Positions 25,842 through 32,000 of a stretch of DNA of 32,000 nucleotides are shown in pieces (the first letter of the stretch is position 1; every line of letters starts with the position of its first letter). The stretch is taken from assembly GCA_028279805.1 (NCBI GenBank), contig JANQMZ010000007.1:480001-512000 (forward strand). Reading direction: 5' to 3'. Made by a program: the position numbers and the translations under genes. The notes beneath the pieces were generated by a model. The model saw only the letters and a list, made by a program, of their open reading frames with translations, made no database searches and had not been told where the DNA came from. Origin of the DNA: an archaeon. Its GTDB lineage: Archaea; Iainarchaeota; Iainarchaeia; Iainarchaeales; JANQMZ01.

Positions 25842-26357
25842 ATGAAACTTACAATATCTGACAAAAAAACAGGAAAAGCATATTCAAAAGATCTGGAAAA
25901 ACCAGAATTTATAGGAAAAAAAATTGGCGATGAAATTTCACTTGACAACATAGGTTTGGCAGGATATTCTGCAAAAATTACAGGGGGAAGCGATAAAAAC
26001 GGGTTTCCGATGAAGCCGACAGTTGAAGGAAGTTCCAGAAGAAAAATAAGAATGAAAGGCGGAATAGGCTTTAAACCCAAAAAAAAGGGATTATACAGGA
26101 GAAAAAGTGTGAGAGGAAAAATTGTTTCAGATAATATTAACCAATTAAACCTAATAGTAACAAAACATGGTTCAGAAAAGCTTGAAAAAATTTTAGCAAA
26201 AAAAGAGGAAAAAAAAGAAGAAGGGGAAGAAAAAAAAGAGGAAACTGAAAAAGCAGAAAAAAAGCCGGAAGCAGCAACAGAGCAAAAAAAAGAAAAACCA
26301 GAAAAAGCGGATGAAAAAGCTGCTGAAGAAAAAGAAAAAAAGGAGAATAAAAAATGA
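25842..26357 (+). CDS. rps6e: 30S ribosomal protein S6e (eS6) with a Lys/Glu-rich C-terminal tail
   Basis: MKLTISDKKTGKAYSKDLEKPEFIGKKIGDEISLDNIGLAGYSAKITGGSDKNGFPMKPTVEGSSRRKIRMKGGIGFKPKKKGLYRRKSVRGKIVSDNINQLNLIVTKHG. Confidence 0.96.
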   Translation: MKLTISDKKTGKAYSKDLEKPEFIGKKIGDEISLDNIGLAGYSAKITGGSDKNGFPMKPTVEGSSRRKIRMKGGIGFKPKKKGLYRRKSVRGKIVSDNINQLNLIVTKHGSEKLEKILAKKEEKKEEGEEKKEETEKAEKKPEAATEQKKEKPEKADEKAAEEKEKKENKK

Positions 26358-27517
26358 GTGGGGTGCAGGCAGAAGTTAACATTGGCCTGGTTGGACATGT
26401 TGATGCCGGAAAAACAAGCCTTGTTGAATCTTTAACAGGTTCATGGACTGATACGCATTCTGAAGAATTAAAAAGAGGAATTTCAATAAGACTTGGTTAT
26501 GCCGATGTGGCTTTTTATAAATCAGGAAACAATTATACCACTGAAAAAAAAGGAAAAATTTCAAGAATTGTTTCATTTGTTGATGCCCCGGGACATGAAA
26601 CTTTGATGATGACAATGTTATCAGGCGCAGCAATAATGAACGGAGCAATTCTGGTTGTAGCTGCGAATGAAAAATGCCCTCAACCGCAAACAGTTGAACA
26701 TATGAATGCGGTTCATGCTTCCAATATTAAAAATTTGATTGTCGCTCAGAACAAAATTGACTTGGTTTCAAAAGAACAGGCAAAAAAAAATTTTAAAGAA
26801 ATAAAAGAATTTTTGAAAGATTATGGATATGAAAATTCTCCAATTATTCCCACAGCAGCACATTCAAAATTAAACATTGATTTGCTGATAAAAACAATAA
26901 TTGAACATATTCCGGTTCCGAAACTTGGTGAAAAAAAACCGTTAAGATTGTTTTGTGCAAGATCCTTTGATATTAACAAGCCGGGAACAGTTGCAGAAAA
27001 ACTTGAAGGAGGCGTTATAGGCGGTTCAATAATGCAGGGAACAATAAAGCCCGGTGAAAAAATAGAAATAAGCCCTGGTTTGGATGAAAGCGGGGGAACA
27101 ATAATAACAAATGTGAAAAGTGTTACTTCAAGCAATGGAAAATTAAAAGAAGCAAAACCGGGAGGATTAATTGCAATAAAAACAGAGCTTGACCCGAGTT
27201 TAACATCAAATGATGCGTTAAAAGGGCAGGTGATAGCAAAACCGGGTTCTTTGCCTGAACCAAAAAATGTAATTGAATTAGAAGTTGAATTTTTGAAAAG
27301 AATATTGTCAGATTTGCCAAAATCTTTTACGGTAAACGAACCGGTTGTTTTAATAATCGGAACATTACCTGTCATTGGCGCGGTTGCAAAAATTAAGGGA
27401 AATGTTGCCCAGATTAAAACAAACAAAAAAATTGTGATAGAAAAAAAACAAAAAATTGCCATAAACAAAAAAGACAACGCGAGGTGGAGGCTGGTTGCTT
27501 ATGGCGTTACAAAATAA
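26354..27517 (+). CDS. eif2g: Translation initiation factor aIF2 gamma subunit
   Basis: NIGLVGHVDAGKTSLVESLTGSWTDTHSEELKRGISIRLGYADV...SFVDAPGHETLMMTMLSGAAIMNGAILVVAANEKCPQPQTVEHMNA...NKIDLVS; C-terminal ARWRLVAYGVT. Confidence 0.97.
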   Translation: MSGVQAEVNIGLVGHVDAGKTSLVESLTGSWTDTHSEELKRGISIRLGYADVAFYKSGNNYTTEKKGKISRIVSFVDAPGHETLMMTMLSGAAIMNGAILVVAANEKCPQPQTVEHMNAVHASNIKNLIVAQNKIDLVSKEQAKKNFKEIKEFLKDYGYENSPIIPTAAHSKLNIDLLIKTIIEHIPVPKLGEKKPLRLFCARSFDINKPGTVAEKLEGGVIGGSIMQGTIKPGEKIEISPGLDESGGTIITNVKSVTSSNGKLKEAKPGGLIAIKTELDPSLTSNDALKGQVIAKPGSLPEPKNVIELEVEFLKRILSDLPKSFTVNEPVVLIIGTLPVIGAVAKIKGNVAQIKTNKKIVIEKKQKIAINKKDNARWRLVAYGVTK

Positions 27518-27872
27518 AGTGGTTATTGATACAAACATGTTGTTGAGCGTTAAAAAATTTAAAATTGATATTTTTGAAGAAGTGAAAAAAATGATTGGAG
27601 ACACAAAATTTGTCATAACGGACAAAATTGAAAAAGAAATGAGTTTTTTAGAGCAAAAAGGGAAAAATTTTTCATTTGAAAAAAAACTGATTGAAAAAAA
27701 CAATGTAAAAACTGAAAAAACTGATGCAAAAACAACAGATGAATCATTAGAAGAATTGGCGGAAAAAAATTATTTTGTTGCAACAAATGACAAAGAATTA
27801 ATTAAAAAAATAAAAAAAAAAGGAGGCAAAGTCATTTTTATAAGAAAAAAATCTTTTCTTAAAATGGCATAA
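27501..27872 (+). CDS. PIN-domain protein (Fcf1/Utp24-like, putative rRNA-processing nuclease)
   Basis: VVIDTNMLLSVKKFKIDIFEEVKKMI...ATNDKELIKKIKKKGGKVIFIRKK (PIN acidic residues); follows aIF2gamma as in many archaea. ATG at 27501 preferred over TTG 27495. Confidence 0.78.
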   Translation: MALQNKVVIDTNMLLSVKKFKIDIFEEVKKMIGDTKFVITDKIEKEMSFLEQKGKNFSFEKKLIEKNNVKTEKTDAKTTDESLEELAEKNYFVATNDKELIKKIKKKGGKVIFIRKKSFLKMA

Positions 27873-27889
27873 GCAGAGGTGACAAAAAA

Positions 27890-28489
27890 ATGTATGAAAT
27901 AATAACAGTTGAAGACACTGTAAGACTTCCCCCGACAGAATTCGGAAAAAAATTAAACCAAACACTGGTTTCCATAACAAAAGAATTATATGAGGGAGTT
28001 TTAGATGAGGATATAGGAGTAATAGTGTCAGTAACAAATGCTGAAAAAGTGGGAGATGGAAAAGTTATTCCGGGAGACGGAGGAGCATATTACAAAACAA
28101 AAATAAAAATGCTGGTATACAAGCCAAAAATACATGAAATTGTTGAGGGTTCTGTCCAGGAAGTAACAGATTTCGGAGCATTTATGGTAATAGGCCCGGT
28201 TGAAGGATTATGCCATGTCAGCCAAATAATGGACGAATACATAAATTATGACTCCAAAAATTCAAAATTTTCAGGAAAAAACACCAATAAAAACATTGGA
28301 CTGGGAGATAATGCCATTTCAAGAATTGTTACAATAAGCCTGAAAGGAACAATTTCAGACTCAAAAATTGGTTTAACAATGAGACAGCCTTTTTTGGGAA
28401 AACTTGAATGGATAGAAAAAGAAATTAAAAACAAGAAAAAAAAACCAAGTGAAAAAAAAGAAAAAAATGAAAAAGAGGAAAAAAAATAA
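27890..28489 (+). CDS. rpo7: DNA-directed RNA polymerase subunit Rpo7 (RpoE') with a Lys/Glu-rich C-terminal extension
   Basis: MYEIITVEDTVRLPPTEFGKKLNQTLVSITKELYEGVLDEDIGVIVSVTN...GDGGAYYKTKIKMLVYKPKIHEIVEGSVQEVTDFGAFMVIGPVEGLCHVSQIMDEYI (S1 domain). Confidence 0.96.
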   Translation: MYEIITVEDTVRLPPTEFGKKLNQTLVSITKELYEGVLDEDIGVIVSVTNAEKVGDGKVIPGDGGAYYKTKIKMLVYKPKIHEIVEGSVQEVTDFGAFMVIGPVEGLCHVSQIMDEYINYDSKNSKFSGKNTNKNIGLGDNAISRIVTISLKGTISDSKIGLTMRQPFLGKLEWIEKEIKNKKKKPSEKKEKNEKEEKK

Positions 28490-28498
28490 GGTGAAAAA

Positions 28499-28696
28499 AT
28501 GGTTGGAAAAGAAAAAGCATGCAGAGAATGCAGGTTCGTAATAGAGGAAGGGGAAAATTGCCCGACATGCAATTCAACATCTTTTACAACATTTTGGAGA
28601 GGATTCGTGGTAATAATTGACCCTGAAAACTCGACACTGGCAAAAAAAATGGGAGTAGAAAAACCCGGAAAATATGCACTAAGGCTAAGCAGGTGA
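28499..28696 (+). CDS. spt4: Transcription elongation factor Spt4 (RpoE'')
   Basis: KACRECRFVIEEGENCPTCNSTSFTTFWRGFVVIIDPENSTLAKKMGVEKPGKYALRLSR; follows Rpo7. Confidence 0.94.
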   Translation: MVGKEKACRECRFVIEEGENCPTCNSTSFTTFWRGFVVIIDPENSTLAKKMGVEKPGKYALRLSR

Positions 28697-28700
28697 AAAA

Positions 28701-29147
28701 ATGGATTTAGAAATAATAAAAGAATTTGAAAACAAACTCATAGGAAGAAAAGAAATAGAATTTCAGATACAAAATGCAAAACTAACACCTTCAAGAAAAG
28801 AACTTGTTAAAAAAATTTCAGCATTAAAAAATGCAAAAGAAGAACAAATAATCATAGGAAACTTGGCCCAATTGTTTGGCTCAAACACAGTCAGAGGACA
28901 GGCAAGAATTTATGATTCAGTTAAAATGCTTGAAAAATCCGAACTTAAAGGAATTATAGCAAGACACAGGCCTAAAGAAAAAAAGGAAAAAGAAGGGGAA
29001 GAAGAAACAACTCCAGAAAAAGAACCAGAACAAAAAAGCGAAAAAAAAGAAGAAACTGAAAAACAACAGGAAGAAGAGCAGAAGAAAGAAAAAGTAGAGA
29101 AAGCGGATGAAAAAGCTGCTGAAGAAAAAGGGAAACAAGGAGAATAA
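28701..29147 (+). CDS. rps24e: 30S ribosomal protein S24e (eS24) with a Glu/Lys-rich C-terminal tail
   Basis: MDLEIIKEFENKLIGRKEIEFQIQNAKLTPSRKELVKKISALKNAKEEQIIIGNLAQLFGSNTVRGQARIYDS. Confidence 0.93.
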   Translation: MDLEIIKEFENKLIGRKEIEFQIQNAKLTPSRKELVKKISALKNAKEEQIIIGNLAQLFGSNTVRGQARIYDSVKMLEKSELKGIIARHRPKEKKEKEGEEETTPEKEPEQKSEKKEETEKQQEEEQKKEKVEKADEKAAEEKGKQGE

Positions 29148-29150
29148 AAA

Positions 29151-29429
29151 ATGGCTGAAGAAAAAAAAGGAAAAAAAGAAAAAAAGAAAAGAGACAAAAA
29201 GAACAAGTCAAATTATTATGAAGCTTCAGGTGAAACTTTTAAAAGAAACAGAAAGCATTGTCCAAAATGCGGAGCAGGAATATTTTTAGCACAGCACAAA
29301 GAAAGATTGCATTGCGGAAAATGCGGTTATACTGAAATTCAAAAAACGGTGCAGGAAAAAAAACCGGAAGCAGCAGAGCAAGAGCAAAAAAAAGAAAAAG
29401 CTGAAGAAAAAAGCGAAAAAACGAATTAA
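29151..29429 (+). CDS. rps27ae: 30S ribosomal protein S27ae (eS31), zinc-binding, with an acidic/Lys tail
   Basis: YYEASGETFKRNRKHCPKCGAGIFLAQHKERLHCGKCGYTE; follows S24e. Confidence 0.93.
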   Translation: MAEEKKGKKEKKKRDKKNKSNYYEASGETFKRNRKHCPKCGAGIFLAQHKERLHCGKCGYTEIQKTVQEKKPEAAEQEQKKEKAEEKSEKTN

Positions 29430-29433
29430 AGCA

Positions 29434-29461
29434 TTTTTTTGGCTTTTTAAGTGCTTTTTTT
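29434..29461 (+). terminator. Candidate intrinsic (T-run) termination region after rps27ae
   Basis: Three T tracts in 28 nt: TTTTTTTGGCTTTTTAAGTGCTTTTTTT. Archaeal terminators are often simple T-run clusters. Confidence 0.45.
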
Positions 29462-29480
29462 GAGTTTTAAGTGGGAAAAA

Positions 29481-30074
29481 ATGAGCACTGTTATCAACAA
29501 AAACAAGTCTCTTAGGGAAGGAGTTTCAGCCATTTTAAACAAAAAAATAATTATTTACCCCACTGAAACATGTTACGGAATAGGGGGAAATGCATTAATC
29601 CCTGAAGTTATTAAAAAAATAAGAAAAATAAAAAAGAAAAAAACACCTTTACTGATTCTTGTCGCGGATTTAAAAGAAGCTCAAAAATACTGTCATTTAA
29701 ACAATGAAGCAAAAAAACTTGCAAAAAAATTTATGCCGGGAGCACTAACATTAATTGTTCCAAAAAAGAAAATTTTACCTGAAAGTCTGGCAGGAAAAAA
29801 AATCGGTTTCAGAATATCTTCAGACAAGTTTGCAAAAGAATTATGCAAAAAAAGCAAAAAACCTATAATTTCAACATCTGCAAATTTACACGGAGAAAAA
29901 GAAATTTATTCAGCAAAAAAAGCAGTTAAACATTTTGAAAACAAAGTTGATTTGATTATTGATGCCGGAAAACTAAAAAAAGAAAAACCTTCCACAGTTT
30001 ATGATGTTGAACTGAGGAAAATATTAAGAAAAGGAAAAATAAACCTGAATCAAATAAATTCTGTGATAAAATGA
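29481..30074 (+). CDS. sua5: Threonylcarbamoyl-AMP synthase (Sua5/YciO/YrdC, TsaC)
   Basis: IIIYPTETCYGIGGNALIPEVIKKIRKIKKKKTPLLILV...FMPGALTLIVPKKK...GFRISSDKFAKELCKKSKKPIISTSANLHGE. ATG 29481 preferred over the upstream TTG 29451. Confidence 0.92.
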   Translation: MSTVINKNKSLREGVSAILNKKIIIYPTETCYGIGGNALIPEVIKKIRKIKKKKTPLLILVADLKEAQKYCHLNNEAKKLAKKFMPGALTLIVPKKKILPESLAGKKIGFRISSDKFAKELCKKSKKPIISTSANLHGEKEIYSAKKAVKHFENKVDLIIDAGKLKKEKPSTVYDVELRKILRKGKINLNQINSVIK

Positions 30075-31039
30075 TAATACTGGGAATTGAAAGCACAGCA
30101 CATACTTTTGGAGCCGGAATAATAAATGAAAAAAAAGAAATTTTAGCAAACGAAAAAAGTTCTTTTACAACAAAACAAGGGGGAATTCATCCCAGAAAAG
30201 CAGCTGAACACCATTCCCAAAATGTTTTAAGTGTTGTAAAAAAAGCAATGGAAAAATCAAAATTATCATGGAATCAAATTGACGGAATAGCTTTTTCACA
30301 GGGTCCGGGTCTGGGGCCCTGTTTAAAAGTCGGGGCAGTGGCTGCAAGAACATTATCTATTATACATAACAAACCGTTGTTTCCTGTGAATCACTGCATT
30401 GCACATATTGAAATTGCAAAAGTTTTGGGCAAAGCAAAAAATCCCATTATTGTTTTCACTTCAGGTGCAAATACGCAGATAATCGGGCTTGAAAATAAAA
30501 AATACAGAATTTTTGGAGAAACACTTGACACCGGTTTGGGGAATATGCTTGACTCTTTTGGAAGAAAGATTGGTTTGGGTTTTCCTGCAGGACCCGTGCT
30601 TGACAAATGGTATTTTGAAGGAAAAAAACTGGTAGAACTGCCTTACACGGTTAAAGGAATGGATTTGGCTTTTTCAGGCCTGCAGACTGCTGCTGAACAA
30701 AAAATAGGAAAAGAAAACAAAAAAGATTTGGCTTATTCTTTGCTGCATAATGCTTTTGCAATGGTTACAGAGGTTACGGAAAGAGCGTTGGCCCACACCA
30801 GAAAAAAAGAAGTGATTATTACAGGCGGAGTTGCTGCTTCAAAAGCTTTAAGGCAAATGATTCAAAAAATGTGTTATGAACGGGGAGCAAAAGCTTTCGT
30901 TCCTCCGGTAGAATTCTGTGTTGACAATGGTTTAATGATTGCATGGAACGGCCTACTTTTGTCAAAATCCAAACATAAAGAAAACAATTCGGAAATAAAA
31001 CCATATCAAAGAGTTGACCAGGTTAATGTTTCCTGGTAA
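30071..31039 (+). CDS. kae1: tRNA N6-threonylcarbamoyladenosine synthase Kae1 (TsaD), without a fused Bud32 domain
   Basis: MIILGIESTAHTFGAGI...KGGIHPRKAAEHHS...AFSQGPGLGPCLKVGAVAARTLS...PLFPVNHCIAHIEIA...ITGGVAASKALRQM. Confidence 0.97.
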   Translation: MIILGIESTAHTFGAGIINEKKEILANEKSSFTTKQGGIHPRKAAEHHSQNVLSVVKKAMEKSKLSWNQIDGIAFSQGPGLGPCLKVGAVAARTLSIIHNKPLFPVNHCIAHIEIAKVLGKAKNPIIVFTSGANTQIIGLENKKYRIFGETLDTGLGNMLDSFGRKIGLGFPAGPVLDKWYFEGKKLVELPYTVKGMDLAFSGLQTAAEQKIGKENKKDLAYSLLHNAFAMVTEVTERALAHTRKKEVIITGGVAASKALRQMIQKMCYERGAKAFVPPVEFCVDNGLMIAWNGLLLSKSKHKENNSEIKPYQRVDQVNVSW

Positions 31040-31042
31040 TTT

Positions 31043-31612
31043 TTATTCTTTTCTTATTCTTCTTGCAAGTTGTTGAACAGGTGGTGAGTGAGTGAAAGTT
31101 TCACGGTATTCTTTTGTATACTTGTAAACAAACAAAAACAGAGCGGTTAAAACTATAAAAATTGTAACATTTAAAATTGTTGTAAAAGGTTCTGAAAGAT
31201 TTCGTTTCTCCCAGTCAATTAAAACAAATTCAGGGTCAAGATATGCGGCAATTGACATTGCAATTAAAACCGCAAAAACAAATTCAATTAAATTTAATGC
31301 TAAAATTCTGGGATCATTTTTAGCATCAGCAATTTTTGATTTTGTTGTAGAACTGATTAGATTGCCGGCATTTTTTTGAAGTTCATATGCAAACGGAAAT
31401 TTTTTTGAAATAAAAATCTGGAGTGCAATTATTGCAATTAAAATTGCTCCCAGAAAAATATAAGGCTGTTCTGACACTGCAGGACTGATTGAAACACTTT
31501 TTGCAGCAAGTGAAATGTCAATATTCAGGGTTTGAAACAAAAACCATAAAAAAGCAAAAGCCAGAACTATTTGCAAAGCCAAAATTGTTAAATCTGATTT
31601 TTTTAAATCCAT
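31043..31612 (-). CDS. Hypothetical multi-spanning membrane protein
   Basis: Only well-supported minus-strand ORF; about four hydrophobic segments (LTILALQIVLAFAFLWFLF, IFLGAILIAIIALQIFI, LIEFVFAVLIAMSIAAYL, VTIFIVLTALFLFVY). Confidence 0.65.
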   Translation of the reverse strand: MDLKKSDLTILALQIVLAFAFLWFLFQTLNIDISLAAKSVSISPAVSEQPYIFLGAILIAIIALQIFISKKFPFAYELQKNAGNLISSTTKSKIADAKNDPRILALNLIEFVFAVLIAMSIAAYLDPEFVLIDWEKRNLSEPFTTILNVTIFIVLTALFLFVYKYTKEYRETFTHSPPVQQLARRIRKE

Positions 31613-31648
31613 TAACAGAATATGATAAGCATTATTAATAAATTTGAG

Positions 31649-31669
31649 CCGTTTAACGGTTTTAAAACC
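31649..31669. promoter_or_regulatory. Overlapping palindromes in a divergent intergenic region (operator-like)
   Basis: CCGTT-T-AACGG (31649-31659) overlapping GGTTTTAAAACC (31658-31669), between candidate TATA elements of the two divergent genes. Confidence 0.35.
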
Positions 31670-31719
31670 AAAAAAGGCTTTTTAAAGATTATTCAGGCAC
31701 TTTGTTTTAGAGTGGTTTA

Positions 31720-32000
31720 ATGGCAAAACTAAATTTTAATGATTTAAGTCAAAAATGGCAAAAACAATGGGAAAATGAAAAAACCTATATTTTTGACCCA
31801 AAAGCAGGAAAATCTGTTTATTCCATTGATACTCCTCCGCCAACTGTCAGCGGCACGATGCACATAGGGCATGCTTTGGGTTATACCCAGGCAGATGTTA
31901 TTGCCCGTTATAAAAAAATGGCCGGATTTAATGTATTTTATCCTTTTGGATATGATGACAATGGTCTGGCTACTGAAAGATTTGTTGAAAAAAAAATCAA
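31720..32000 (+). CDS. valS: Valyl-tRNA synthetase (ValRS), 3'-truncated by the window end; not in the ORF track
   Basis: Hand translation MAKLNFNDLSQKWQKQWENEKTYIFDPKAGKSVYSIDTPPPTVSGTMHIGHALGYTQADVIARYKKMAGFNVFYPFGYDDNGLATERFVEKKI; the PPPTVSGTMHIGH motif fits ValRS. Confidence 0.92.
   Translation, partial: MAKLNFNDLSQKWQKQWENEKTYIFDPKAGKSVYSIDTPPPTVSGTMHIGHALGYTQADVIARYKKMAGFNVFYPFGYDDNGLATERFVEKKI

Noticed and set aside
73-31004. Many minus-strand ORFs (Phe/Leu/Ser-rich translations) antisense to the ribosomal genes
   Set aside because: Their composition is the mirror image of Lys/Glu-rich, AT-rich plus-strand genes; no ribosome-binding sites or recognisable domains were seen, and each overlaps a firmly identified protein.
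1-32000. Defence system, prophage, transposon or biosynthetic island
   Set aside because: Virtually every gene is a recognised informational gene; no transposase, integrase, nuclease/helicase pair or terminal repeats were found.

Overview
The window is a low-GC archaeal chromosome segment, almost entirely co-directional (+). It is filled by an unusually consolidated translation/transcription super-cluster. In order: a 5'-truncated hypothetical protein; L3-L4-L23-L2-S19-L22-S3-L29-Rnp1-S17-L14-L24-S4e-L5-S14-S8-L6-L32e-L19e-L18-S5-L30-L15-SecY-DUF106/EMC3-like-L34e-L14e-S13-S4-S11-Rpo3; an embedded tRNA-Leu(UAA); L18e-L13-S9-Rpo10-S2; a TrmB-like regulator; GluRS; L7Ae-S28e-L24e-Ndk-dUTPase-aIF5B-S6e-aIF2gamma-PIN protein-Rpo7-Spt4-S24e-S27ae; the t6A pair Sua5/TsaC and Kae1; one minus-strand membrane protein; and the start of ValRS. 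Gene content and the style of the Lys/Glu-rich tails suggest a DPANN-like lineage, but this is only inference. I see no CRISPR array, transposon, defence locus or clearly new multi-gene system. The signals most worth a second look are: (i) a probable structured leader with mutually exclusive stems, plus an operator-like palindrome, upstream of rpl3; (ii) near-identical DNA modules encoding the acidic/lysine tails, with an adjoining ribosome-binding region, shared between S6e, S24e and (in part) S27ae and read in different frames at the stop; (iii) overlapping palindromes in the divergent promoter region before valS; (iv) a tRNA-Leu packed inside the ribosomal gene cluster; (v) apparent loss of metal-binding cysteines in aIF2gamma, L34e and Rpo3; and (vi) a bacterial-style dUTPase between ndk and infB. 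The supplied ORF track missed S14 (8103-8258) and the partial ValRS (31720-end).
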